Positions 18,893-27,903 of a stretch of DNA of 64,000 nt are shown piece by piece; the first letter of the stretch is position 1; each line of letters opens with the position of its first letter. The notes under the pieces are model-generated. The model saw only the letters and a list, made by a program, of their open reading frames with translations. It did no database searches and was not told where the DNA came from. The position numbers and the translations under genes are program-made. The stretch lies in the NCBI GenBank assembly GCA_963790475.1, contig CAWBOS010000010.1:608001-672000 (forward strand). The letters run 5' to 3'. The stretch is from an uncultured delta proteobacterium (GTDB lineage Bacteria; Desulfobacterota; RBG-13-43-22).

Positions 18893-19285
18893 ATGGCAGA
18901 CAAAGAATATTACGCAACAGGGAAAAGGAAACTGGCGATTGCCCGTACCTGGTTGAGGCCGGGGGCAGGACAGATAACGATTAATGGCCGACCAATTGAC
19001 CGGTATTTCAGTCGGGAGACGGCCAAAATGGTTATTCTTCAACCTCTTGAACTGACGGAGACCGTAGGCAAATTTGATATCCTGGTTACTGTGACCGGGG
19101 GTGGTCTTTCCGGTCAAGCCGGGGCCATTAAACACGGAATCACCAAGGCCTTATTGGTTTACGACCCGCAACTGCGGACGGTGTTAAAGAAAGCCGGTTT
19201 TATCACCCGGGATTCGAGGATCAAAGAGCGGAAGAAATATGGTCAAAAAGGGGCCAGGGCGCGTTACCAGTATTCGAAACGTTAA
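18893..19285 (+). CDS. rpsI: 30S ribosomal protein S9
   Basis: [37 protein letters not shown]. Confidence 0.98.
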   Translation: MADKEYYATGKRKLAIARTWLRPGAGQITINGRPIDRYFSRETAKMVILQPLELTETVGKFDILVTVTGGGLSGQAGAIKHGITKALLVYDPQLRTVLKKAGFITRDSRIKERKKYGQKGARARYQYSKR

Positions 19286-19308
19286 GCTTCTTTTAAAATA
19301 TTCGAAGA

Positions 19309-19345
19309 AGAAAAGGGGAGGCCCGAAAAGCTTCCCTTTTTTTTC
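19309..19345 (+). terminator. Rho-independent terminator after rpsI
   Basis: AAAAGGGGAG...CTTCCCTTTT stem followed by a T run. Confidence 0.7.
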
Positions 19346-19419
19346 TTTTCCGAATCATAAAAACCATACAGACAAAATGGACTAAGTAGTATTTTTTTAT
19401 CTGTTCGAACAAATATTAG

Positions 19420-19497
19420 AAAATCCCTCCCGACCTCCCTTTGCTAAAGGGAGGAGAAGACTTCCCCCTTTGAAAAAGGGGGATTGAGGGGGATTTT
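19420..19497. repeat. Y-shaped REP-like palindromic element
   Basis: Outer AAAATCCCTCC/GGGGGATTTT with inner CCTCCCTTT-AAAGGGAGG and TCCCCCTTT-AAAGGGGGA hairpins. Confidence 0.7.
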
Positions 19498-19608
19498 GTC
19501 TCTACCGCTGTTCTGAAACGGCATATTTTTCAAAAACATAAAGTGGTACACTAAGTAGAATAGGCAGACCAAACAGACTAAATAGACTATATAGACCGAA
19601 AAGACCTC

Positions 19609-20361
19609 ATGACCTTAGTGGAACGCAATATTCGTCTTTTAATCGCTTATGACGGAACTCAATACCGGGGTTGGCAAAGGCAAAAGAAAAGCCCAACAAT
19701 ACAGGGGGCGATCGAAGATATCCTGTTCAAGATTACGCAGCAGCCGGTCTCGCTCCTCGGGGCCGGCCGGACTGATTCCGGGGTCCATGCCTGGGGGCAG
19801 GTGGCCAGTTTCAAAACTAATTCCAAAATGCCGATGTCTAAAATTGAAGCGGCCCTGCATGCCCTTTTGCCCAAGGATATTTTAATTCGCCAGGTCAGTG
19901 AGGTAGAACCGACCTTTCATGCCCGATTTTCCAGCAAGGCCAAGATCTATGATTATTTAATCTGCAATCAACCCCGCCTCCCTCTTTTTTTTCGTCACTA
20001 TTTTTGGTTTTTACGTGAACCGCTCGATCTGGATTTGATCAAGGCCGGTTTGACCCTTTTGACCGGGGAACAGGATTTTTCCAGTTTCCAAACCCACGGA
20101 AGCGCGGTCGCTCACCCGGTACGCACTCTTTATCAAGCTGTCCTTCTCCCCGGACCCTGGGGCGGCTTCAAGCTGAGGTTTAAGGCCAACGGCTTCTTAA
20201 GGCACATGGTTCGAAATATGGTAGGGCCTCTGATTCGGGTCGGTTTAAAAAGGATCTCCCTAACAGAGTTGGAGGAGATTATAGATTCCAGGGATCGTTC
20301 ACGGGCGGGTGAAATGGCCCCGGCGCAAGGTTTGTTTTTAAGGAAAGTCCTCTATAAGTAA
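19609..20361 (+). CDS. truA: tRNA pseudouridine(38-40) synthase
   Basis: YDGTQYRGWQ, GAGRTDSGVHA, FHARFS, GFLRHMVR. Confidence 0.96.
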   Translation: MTLVERNIRLLIAYDGTQYRGWQRQKKSPTIQGAIEDILFKITQQPVSLLGAGRTDSGVHAWGQVASFKTNSKMPMSKIEAALHALLPKDILIRQVSEVEPTFHARFSSKAKIYDYLICNQPRLPLFFRHYFWFLREPLDLDLIKAGLTLLTGEQDFSSFQTHGSAVAHPVRTLYQAVLLPGPWGGFKLRFKANGFLRHMVRNMVGPLIRVGLKRISLTELEEIIDSRDRSRAGEMAPAQGLFLRKVLYK

Positions 20362-20445
20362 GGGCGAAGGTTAAAAAGAAAAGGGAGGATGCCTGACCTA
20401 TTTTAACCAAATTTGACAACTTACTTGAGGTTCGCATAGGAGTCC

Positions 20446-20604
20446 CTATTTAAGTGGGGAAGAGGTTTGAACCGTCTCCCGAACCGTGGTATATATGGCT
20501 TTAAAGGCTTCATCAAAATTGGTTAAGGGCAACCGGCCGATTTCAATGTATTTGATAACGATTTCTTTGGCCACTTTCAAGACCATTTCCTCTTCAGGTT
20601 TCAT
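20446..20604 (-). CDS. Small protein (52 aa), not in ORF track
   Basis: MKPEEEMVLKVAKEIVIKYIEIGRLPLTNFDEAFKAIYTTVRETVQTSSPLK*; GAAAGG RBS. Resembles a small-protein family recalled from deltaproteobacteria. Confidence 0.7.
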   Translation of the reverse strand: MKPEEEMVLKVAKEIVIKYIEIGRLPLTNFDEAFKAIYTTVRETVQTSSPLK

Positions 20605-20890
20605 CCTTTCAAACCTCTCTGATGTTGGACCTATTTAACTTTTTGAAATTCAAAACTTTATTCCTGTCAGATAATTTCGAAATGTTTCGGGCCCCTGCTG
20701 CGGAAGAAGGCGTTTCTCTCAGCAGAGGCCCCGGTTAAGAAGAACCTGAACAGCCCTCCCTGAATGAAAACGATACCTAAGGCCTGAAGGGAAATCAAGG
20801 GTTTTATTTGAAAATATCATAGCCGATTCATGAGGCGTGTGTTATATAAAAAAGAAAATCTAAAAAAATAGTCATCTTCAGACAAAGGTC

Positions 20891-22702
20891 ATGAGCGGTT
20901 TGATACAAATTCTTCCCGAATCCCTGATTAACCAGATTGCCGCCGGCGAGGTCGTTGAAAGACCCGCTTCGGTGGTCAAGGAATTATTGGAGAATTCCGT
21001 TGATGCCGGGGCCTCCGATATCCAGGTGGATATACTTCAATCCGGAAAATCATCCATCCGGGTTACGGACAATGGCGGGGGTATGACCCGGGAAGACCTG
21101 GTGCTGGCTATTGAACGCCATGCCACCAGTAAAATCAGGGAATATGCCGATCTGATCGCCTTAAAGTCGATGGGCTTCCGAGGAGAAGCCTTGCCAAGCA
21201 TTGCCGCGGTCAGCAGGATGACCATCCTTTCCACCCCCAGGGAGGGGGTGTCCGGTCATCGTCTGGAGATTTGGGGAGGAAAAAAAATAAGCCTGGAGGA
21301 AGTTGGAGGGACCTCAGGGACCACCGTGGAGGTGCTCGATCTTTTCTATAACACGCCGGCGCGGATGGCCTTTTTGAAAAGCCCAAGAGTCGAGTGGAAC
21401 CAAATACAGATGGCCTTTGAAAGGGTGGCGCTTGGCTTCCCTCACCTTCGATTCGAACTGACCCATAACGGGAAAAAGATCTTTCAACTCTTTCCCGCCC
21501 GGGACTTAACCCTTCGTTTGCAGGATTTGTGGGGCTCAGAAAAAATAAAAGATTTGATTCCGGTGGACTTGACCGAGGACCGGATCCGGATATATGGTTT
21601 TATCTCTCCCCCCCACTGCCATCAAAATACCTCCAGAAATATTGCTTTTATTGTCAATCAGCGATGGGTGCGCAGCCCTCTGTTGTACCCCCTGGTCCTG
21701 AGGTCCTATGCGGGTATGATTCCGTCAGGGCGTTTCCCCACCGCCATCCTTTGGATGGAAGTTCCTCCGGAACTGATTGATGTCAATATTCATCCCTTTA
21801 AGCAAGAGGTGCGCTTCAGCCAAACAACCTGGATTCAAACTTTGGTGGGAAAGGCGATTCAGCAGGCCTTAAAATCTTATGTGCCAAAACCAGGAGGAAT
21901 AGAGAAAGAGTTTTTATCAACCCAATGGACCCCAGGTCCAACCCAACCTTTTCTGTTTAAGGAATCCGATATCCCCCAATTTCTTACTCCTTTAATCCAA
22001 GAGACAGGGTCTACCCCCTTTGATTTATTCGAGGGACATAATATCCCCTCAAGGGAAGAGGAAGCCTCTTCGTTTATAGATCAACTCACGGATGAGGGAC
22101 AGGCGGTTGATAGGGAGGGGGGGTTTGCTCAGTTGACAGTCCTGAGTCAGATCCGGGGGACCTATCTGGTAGCCTTGATGAACCAAGGCCTGGTGCTGAT
22201 CGATCAGCATGCCGCCCATGAAAGGGTTCTCTATGAACGATACCGGAACCAGTGGCAGGCTGGAGGGGTCTCTTCTCAATATCTTATTATTCCCATTGTG
22301 GTTGAATTGCCTCCGGGATGGACGATCGACATGGACTCTATTTTTCCGGAATTAGCGGCCTTCGGATTTGAGATTACATCGGCGGGTGGAAACAGTTTAT
22401 GGATAAAATCCCTACCCGTGGGAATGAGTTCGGGACAAGGAGAGGAGGCCATAAAAGAAATCCTGGAAGAAATGAAGACGGGAAACCGTTCAACGAGCCC
22501 TGAAGATTTATCTCAATCCTTGTTAAAACTTATGGCCTGCCATAGTGCCGTCCGGGCCGGACAGGTGTTAAGTCCGGAAGAAGTAAAAGCCTTATTGAGG
22601 CAATTGGACCAAACGGAATCTCCTTCTCATTGCCCTCATGGACGTCCCTTATGGATACTGCTTTCCTGGGAAGAGATTGAAAAACGATTCAAACGAAGAT
22701 AA
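20891..22702 (+). CDS. mutL: DNA mismatch repair protein MutL
   Basis: NQIAAGEVVERPASVVKELLENS, GFRGEALPSI, DQHAAHERVLYE, CPHGRP. Confidence 0.97.
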   Translation: MSGLIQILPESLINQIAAGEVVERPASVVKELLENSVDAGASDIQVDILQSGKSSIRVTDNGGGMTREDLVLAIERHATSKIREYADLIALKSMGFRGEALPSIAAVSRMTILSTPREGVSGHRLEIWGGKKISLEEVGGTSGTTVEVLDLFYNTPARMAFLKSPRVEWNQIQMAFERVALGFPHLRFELTHNGKKIFQLFPARDLTLRLQDLWGSEKIKDLIPVDLTEDRIRIYGFISPPHCHQNTSRNIAFIVNQRWVRSPLLYPLVLRSYAGMIPSGRFPTAILWMEVPPELIDVNIHPFKQEVRFSQTTWIQTLVGKAIQQALKSYVPKPGGIEKEFLSTQWTPGPTQPFLFKESDIPQFLTPLIQETGSTPFDLFEGHNIPSREEEASSFIDQLTDEGQAVDREGGFAQLTVLSQIRGTYLVALMNQGLVLIDQHAAHERVLYERYRNQWQAGGVSSQYLIIPIVVELPPGWTIDMDSIFPELAAFGFEITSAGGNSLWIKSLPVGMSSGQGEEAIKEILEEMKTGNRSTSPEDLSQSLLKLMACHSAVRAGQVLSPEEVKALLRQLDQTESPSHCPHGRPLWILLSWEEIEKRFKRR

Positions 22703-22853
22703 GTAAAAAACGGCATGGGGCAAGGAGCATAGGGCCCAGAGTAAAAGAATCTCAGATAAACCAAACAAGCGAGACTTCTCTTTGCTCTATTTACTAGTCC
22801 CCTTGGTTTGACCAAACAGACCGCAATAACAGATTGACCAAACAGATCATAAC

Positions 22854-23774
22854 ATGTCCCGTCCCAAATTAATTTTTATCACCGGACCGACAGCGGTCGG
22901 AAAATCCGGCCTTGTCCACCAACTGGCGCGGGAGATGGGGGGAGAGATCCTCAATGCCGATTCCATGCAGGTATACCGGCATATGGATATCGGAACGGCT
23001 AAGCCGACGCCAAGGGAACGAGAAGAAATCCCCTATCATTTGATTGATATTATCGATCCGGACCAGCCCTTTGATGTCTCTAAATTCAAGATCCGGGCCC
23101 AAACGATTATTCAAAAACTGCATCAACGCCGGGTGCCCATTCTGGTGACCGGTGGAACCGGTTTATATTTAAGGGTCTTGCAAAGAGGGATTTTTGCCTG
23201 CCCCACCCCCCAGACTGAGATCAGACAACGTTGGAAGCAAGCCGCCTCTGGTCAAGGCCCCGAATTCCTGTGGGCTGCCTTAAGAGAATCCGATCCCAAG
23301 GCCGCAAACCGGATTCATCCCCGGGATACCTTTCGGTTGATCAGGGCACTGGAAGTCCTGGAGTTGACCGGTCGCCCCATTTCGGATTGGCAACAATGGG
23401 GACAAGAGACCGACTCTGAGTTTGATATTCTCTGGATCGGCCTTTCTCTGGAACGCGAAGCCCTCTACCGGAAGATTAATTTGAGGACCGATGAAATGAT
23501 GACCAAAGGTTTTCTGGCGGAGGTCCGGGGGCTTTTGGAAAAAGGATATTCTCCGGAATTGAAGCCTATGCAATCCCTGGGATACCGCCATTTGACCAAG
23601 GTGTTAAAAGGAGAACAGGATTTAAAAGAAGCCGTGGACTTGATAAAGAGGGATACCCGGCGTTATGCCAAGAGACAAATGACCTGGCTGGGTAGAGAAA
23701 CCAATTTGAACTGGTTTTCTCCGAAAGAATTTGCTACAATACATTTAAAGATTCGCAAATTTCTTGATCAATGA
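22854..23774 (+). CDS. miaA: tRNA dimethylallyltransferase
   Basis: GPTAVGKS, DSMQVYRHMDIGTAKP, GGTGLY, TRRYAKRQMTW. Confidence 0.97.
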   Translation: MSRPKLIFITGPTAVGKSGLVHQLAREMGGEILNADSMQVYRHMDIGTAKPTPREREEIPYHLIDIIDPDQPFDVSKFKIRAQTIIQKLHQRRVPILVTGGTGLYLRVLQRGIFACPTPQTEIRQRWKQAASGQGPEFLWAALRESDPKAANRIHPRDTFRLIRALEVLELTGRPISDWQQWGQETDSEFDILWIGLSLEREALYRKINLRTDEMMTKGFLAEVRGLLEKGYSPELKPMQSLGYRHLTKVLKGEQDLKEAVDLIKRDTRRYAKRQMTWLGRETNLNWFSPKEFATIHLKIRKFLDQ

Positions 23775-23781
23775 TGAAACC

Positions 23782-24306
23782 ATGTCCATCCCTAATTTTT
23801 TAACCCTGATTCGAATCATCCTGATACCCTGGTTCGCAATCCTTCTCATCAACGGGTCTTTCAATCAAGCCTTGTGGGTATTTGCCGGGGCAGCGGTGAC
23901 CGATGGGTTGGATGGACTGACGGCCCGCTGGTTATCCCAAAGAACCCGTTTAGGTTCTTTGTTGGATCCCATTGCCGACAAATTGTTATTATCCACGGCC
24001 TTTATCACCCTGGCGATCATGAAAGAAATTCCGGTGTGGCTTTCAGTGATTGTCATTAGCCGGGATGTGGTGATAGTCCTGGGAGTTGGTATCTTATTCT
24101 TTAGTCAAATCCAGGTTGAAATGAAGCCGACCGTATACAGCAAGATGACTACGGTCTTTCAGCTGTTGTTGATATTACTTGTCCTGTCTTCCGGCTATGT
24201 TCACTTCGGCGATTGGCTGAGACAAGGGTTGGTTTTGACAACTTTGGTTCTTACTGTTTTTTCAGGCTTCCATTATCTCTATACCGGCCTCAAGATTTTG
24301 ACTTGA
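23782..24306 (+). CDS. CDP-alcohol phosphatidyltransferase (PgsA-like)
   Basis: PNFLTLIR, TDGLDGLTAR...GSLLDPIADK motif. Confidence 0.9.
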   Translation: MSIPNFLTLIRIILIPWFAILLINGSFNQALWVFAGAAVTDGLDGLTARWLSQRTRLGSLLDPIADKLLLSTAFITLAIMKEIPVWLSVIVISRDVVIVLGVGILFFSQIQVEMKPTVYSKMTTVFQLLLILLVLSSGYVHFGDWLRQGLVLTTLVLTVFSGFHYLYTGLKILT

Positions 24307-24334
24307 TCGGCTGGAATTATTTTTCAGACAAGGG

Positions 24335-24458
24335 GAGGCTTTTGCAAAAGTCCCACGGTGTCATTCCGGCGAAAGCCGGAATCCAGTCTTTTCAAAGCAT
24401 TCTGGACACCGGCTTTAGCCGGTGTGACGAATTTTTTTGTGAGATTTGCAAAAACCTC
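24335..24458. mobile_element. 124-bp MITE with IS-like ends enclosing a REP doublet
   Basis: Ends GAGGCTTTTGCAAAAGTC / GATTTGCAAAAACCTC; 5-bp AAGGG duplication; internal GTCATTCCGGCGAAAGCCGGAATCCAG...CTGGACACCGGCTTTAGCCGGTGTGAC. Confidence 0.75.
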
Positions 24459-24562
24459 AAGGGTCACGGATTTTTAGGTGCCGATTTGTCAGGTATCTAT
24501 AGAAATAAGGGGGTTTTTTCTTGACACTTACGGTCAAAATTGTTTAAAAAGAATAACGATAC

Positions 24563-24637
24563 AGGCACGTAGCTCAGGGGGAGAGCGCTACCCTGACACG
24601 GTAGAAGTCAAGGGTTCAAATCCCTTCGTGCCTACCA
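24563..24637 (+). tRNA. tRNA-Val(GAC)
   Basis: AGGCACG acceptor stem, CTACC-ctGACac-GGTAG anticodon arm, GTTCAAATC T-loop, encoded CCA; TTGACA at 24521. Confidence 0.97.
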
Positions 24638-24639
24638 TG
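24593..24639 (+). repeat. attL (3' half of tRNA-Val)
   Basis: CTGACACGGTAGAAGTCAAGGGTTCAAATCCCTTCGTGCCTACCATG, identical to 36249-36295. Confidence 0.95.
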
Positions 24640-24651
24640 TAAATCAAGGAC

Positions 24652-25887
24652 TTACCCATTTTGGACTAAGTCCTTTTTTATTTCTGCTACCATTTTGCTA
24701 CCATCTTCTTCAAAAATGGTGTTTTCCAGCCTCATGACAGCCTCCTGATTTGTCTCTTTCATCAGGTGAGCATAGACGTTTAAAGTGACCATCGGGGAGG
24801 AATGACCTAACTGGGTTTGAATGTATTTGATATTCTCCCCCTGTTCGACCATGAGGCTTGCGTAGGTATGCCTCAGATCGTGAAAGCGGACCCTTGGTCC
24901 TACTATCTTCTTTGTCTTCTCATCCTTCGTGATAATCCCCGCCTTTATAAGGGCTCCCTCAAACTCCCGCTTGATCATGTTGTTTTTATCAATCGGCCCG
25001 CCGGCGTTGTTAGGGAACATAAGGTCAAGGTCCGTCTTGGGTTCCTTTTGGAAATTCTCCTCTTCTTTTTCTTTTCCGGCCTGGTTGTCTGTACTTTCCG
25101 GCTTGGGGATAGGACAGGCCAGCTTCCATTTTTTTAACTCGGTCAAGAGGGTAGGGGAGAGGTCGATTTTTCGCTTTGACCCCTTTGTTTTGGTAGGAAA
25201 GAATCGGCCATTGTTAAAGGTTCGCTGAACATAAACTTGTTTCTTTTCAAGGTCCAGGTCCTCCCATTTCAAACCCAAAAGCTCCCCTTGCCTCGCCCCA
25301 GTCAAAATGGCTGTTAAAAAGAGAGTCTTGTATTTCTGATCATCCACTGCATCAAGGAAGGCCCGGATTTGTGGGGGTGTCAGGATCTTGATTTCATTTT
25401 CCCTTGTCCTCTGATCCCTTGGCTTTTCGGCCTCCCTATAAGGGTTATGTCCTATGTAGCGATGCCTCACGGCATAGGCCATGATCTGCCCCAGGGAAAC
25501 GAGGATCTTTCTCAGGGTGAGGATATGAATCCCTTTTTCCTGCTTGGCCGTGATGTATTTCTCAATGGCGGCTGTGGTGATTCTGGTTATTTTCTGCTCG
25601 TTTAAATCGTCAAAGTGGTTCCTTAACATTCCCTCGATGACTTCCCAGGTCGTTTCCCGGACCTTGGATTTTTTATATTCAAGCCATTCCTTGGCCACTT
25701 CCGAGAATGAGGGGACCTTAGATTTAGGCAGAAAAAAACCCTTCTCAATGGCATCCTCAATAGCTCTGAGTTCTTCCCTGGCCTTGGTCTTGGTGGTATC
25801 AGGCTTTAAGGTCTTCCACCTCCTGACCCCAAACTGGTCATAGAAGTCAATGACCCATCGGCCGCGCCTTTTCGTTATACAAGCCAT
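24652..25887 (-). CDS. Tyrosine recombinase / phage integrase
   Basis: N-terminal arm-binding region; TGARQGELLGL, FHDLRH, LGHS, NVYAH catalytic motifs intact; RBS GGAGG. Confidence 0.95.
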   Translation of the reverse strand: MACITKRRGRWVIDFYDQFGVRRWKTLKPDTTKTKAREELRAIEDAIEKGFFLPKSKVPSFSEVAKEWLEYKKSKVRETTWEVIEGMLRNHFDDLNEQKITRITTAAIEKYITAKQEKGIHILTLRKILVSLGQIMAYAVRHRYIGHNPYREAEKPRDQRTRENEIKILTPPQIRAFLDAVDDQKYKTLFLTAILTGARQGELLGLKWEDLDLEKKQVYVQRTFNNGRFFPTKTKGSKRKIDLSPTLLTELKKWKLACPIPKPESTDNQAGKEKEEENFQKEPKTDLDLMFPNNAGGPIDKNNMIKREFEGALIKAGIITKDEKTKKIVGPRVRFHDLRHTYASLMVEQGENIKYIQTQLGHSSPMVTLNVYAHLMKETNQEAVMRLENTIFEEDGSKMVAEIKKDLVQNG

Positions 25888-25924
25888 AAGTTAAACCTCC
25901 TCTCTTTATTGGGTTTCTTCCCTT

Positions 25925-26326
25925 CTACCCCTTTGCCCCTGAGACGGCTTTAACCTTCAGGCCGACCATTTCTTTTTTTTCAATATAGGCCCCCAAGAAA
26001 GTATGTCCCTCAATTCCATCCTGGCCATACATGGCCGAATCAATCCTGATATCCCCAACCTCTTTTTCTATAAAATCATAAAGGGCAGTAAACTTTCCTT
26101 CGATATCCTTGATGAGAATCCGGCCCATATCGGCCAGGAAGAATTGATAACTTTCAATGTCAAGGCCAGGGCCTTTATGGAAATCAATCATTTCCAGGAC
26201 ATTAATATACTGTTCTATTTGTGAAAAATAGAGAGTCACGACATCATACAATGACTCTTCGGTATGCTCGATCTCTTTCCCTCGATCCGTTTTATACCTT
26301 GGGTCCTGCTCATTCTTTTTACTCAT
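25925..26326 (-). CDS. Hypothetical protein
   Basis: 133-aa ORF overlapping the upstream gene's stop; operon-like with the integrase. Confidence 0.65.
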   Translation of the reverse strand: MSKKNEQDPRYKTDRGKEIEHTEESLYDVVTLYFSQIEQYINVLEMIDFHKGPGLDIESYQFFLADMGRILIKDIEGKFTALYDFIEKEVGDIRIDSAMYGQDGIEGHTFLGAYIEKKEMVGLKVKAVSGAKG

Positions 26327-26648
26327 GGCTTTCTCTCTTTTCCTTCAATACGGATTCGATGTGATTTGAAACGGCTGTCAATCGACTATCAACCCAGCCG
26401 AAAATAAGGTCAGCCCCCAGAATCGCATTTATTAAAACCCCCACTTCACTGTTTGGGTTCCCAAGTGCCCTTAGAAAAAGGCCGGGATTATCCCAAAGAT
26501 GAGAAACGATCCCCCGGATATAATCAATCTCATCGATTACCCCGGATGTTATCTCCTTCGCCTCGGGATCAAATTGGATCCCGGAAACCTTTCTGAGGTC
26601 GATTTTTAGCCTCTCCCGGTCTTTCTCTGTTTTCTCAGTTTTTCCCAT
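26319..26648 (-). CDS. Hypothetical protein
   Basis: 109-aa ORF with GGAG RBS. Confidence 0.65.
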   Translation of the reverse strand: MGKTEKTEKDRERLKIDLRKVSGIQFDPEAKEITSGVIDEIDYIRGIVSHLWDNPGLFLRALGNPNSEVGVLINAILGADLIFGWVDSRLTAVSNHIESVLKEKRESHE

Positions 26649-26938
26649 GGTGCTTTCTCCCCTTCCGGCCCATTTAAAAGGCCTGTAAGCGACGATCTTG
26701 TTTTAGACTACTACACTTTGCCCGTTCCTTGGCCTGTTCGTTTAAACCGGCCTATGCTCCGTTTGAGCTTACCCCCTTCCCGCCCCGAATCACGGCTCGG
26801 GGCCACACCGTCATCGATTCACGGAATCGAGGAAAAGAAGGTTTAAAGAGCATGATACTTGCTGATGTTTGCCTGTTCGGTCCGTTCCGATTTAAAGGTT
26901 AAGGTTGAATCACGCATCTTTATCCTCCTTGCAAATAA

Positions 26939-27010
26939 AAAACCCCGAGATTTTCCCAGGCCGGTCACCGGCCCCCGGGCCTTGCGGCACTCCCGGAATC
27001 TCAGGGTTTT
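26939..27010 (-). ncRNA. Candidate C4/CI-like antisense RNA (three-way cloverleaf)
   Basis: Outer stem AAAACCCTGAGATT/AATCTCGGGGTTTT, a GCAA-tetraloop arm and a GGCCG-GTGAC-CGGCC arm; complementary site at 27031-27047. Confidence 0.55.
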
Positions 27011-27062
27011 GGTTTGATTTGGTTTTCATTGTGACCTCTTTGGGAAAGGTGAAATATACTCA

Positions 27063-27091
27063 CTTATACTTTATTTTACGTTATTCGTCAA
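27063..27091 (-). promoter_or_regulatory. sigma-70 promoter driving the leader / integrase operon
   Basis: TTGACG-17 nt-TATAAG on the minus strand. Confidence 0.7.
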
Positions 27092-27140
27092 TAAAATATT
27101 TTTCTTTACCTTTTTACCTGTTTTTGTTACCCTTTCTGGC

Positions 27141-27305
27141 ATGAAAGCCGCTTTATCGTTTAAAGTTGATCCTGAACTAAAAAAGGCCCTGGAAACCTTG
27201 GCCGACCAGGAAAACCGCTCCTTAAGTAATTATGTCATTACCACCCTCAAGCACCATATCGCCGAAAAAGGGATAAAGATAAAGCCAACCAAGCCCAAGA
27301 AATAA
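27141..27305 (+). CDS. Ribbon-helix-helix (Arc/CopG-like) regulator, 54 aa, not in ORF track
   Basis: MKAALSFKVDPELKKALETLADQENRSLSNYVITTLKHHI...; divergent from the leader promoter. Confidence 0.8.
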   Translation: MKAALSFKVDPELKKALETLADQENRSLSNYVITTLKHHIAEKGIKIKPTKPKK

Positions 27306-27310
27306 CCCCC

Positions 27311-27814
27311 CTAACTGGTTGTTGGCGGTAGCAATTTCATCGCCATCAAGAGATTTTTTTGATTCTGGTCTACATTTAAAGGGTCATCTTTAGAAACCGT
27401 CTGGCTTCCCTGGGTTAGAGTGGGATTCACGACCTGATTACTGCTCATTAATAAATCCGGTGCTTTTTGAAATGATTTTGCCCCTCTGATTTTGTAATTA
27501 ATAAATGGGTTCTCTTCAAAATTCCGGTAAGTCCATCGGCCACCACTGGGCAATCGGGGGTCTTCATTACCCCCACTATCCCAAATTCCGGGAGCCCCTG
27601 GCTTCATAAACTTTTCTTTCTCCGTGGTCTTTCCCGTTTGGTCGCCCCATAGTTTATTTAAATGAAAATCAATCATATTATGTTCTAACAGAAGCTGTTC
27701 CGGGGAAGTGTTTGCGTCTGGGTAAACCTCCGCACCTTGGTAAATCATCTCGGCTAACGTCTGTGCGTCAAATGGGATCTGAATTTGTTGGGAACCATAT
27801 TTGACAATAGGCAT
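27311..27814 (-). CDS. Hypothetical protein
   Basis: 167-aa ORF, AAGGAG RBS. Confidence 0.65.
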   Translation of the reverse strand: MPIVKYGSQQIQIPFDAQTLAEMIYQGAEVYPDANTSPEQLLLEHNMIDFHLNKLWGDQTGKTTEKEKFMKPGAPGIWDSGGNEDPRLPSGGRWTYRNFEENPFINYKIRGAKSFQKAPDLLMSSNQVVNPTLTQGSQTVSKDDPLNVDQNQKNLLMAMKLLPPTTS

Positions 27815-27903
27815 TGTCTTGTCTCCTTTTTTCTTAAAAAGTTTATTTTTATAAATACTCCCAAAAACCTAAGAAATAACCTCTGGTGTCCCGGGAAGGC
27901 CCG

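Noticed and set aside
18402-24306. truA placed after rplM-rpsI, and mutL-miaA without hfq
   Set aside because: Ordinary lineage-level gene-order variation.
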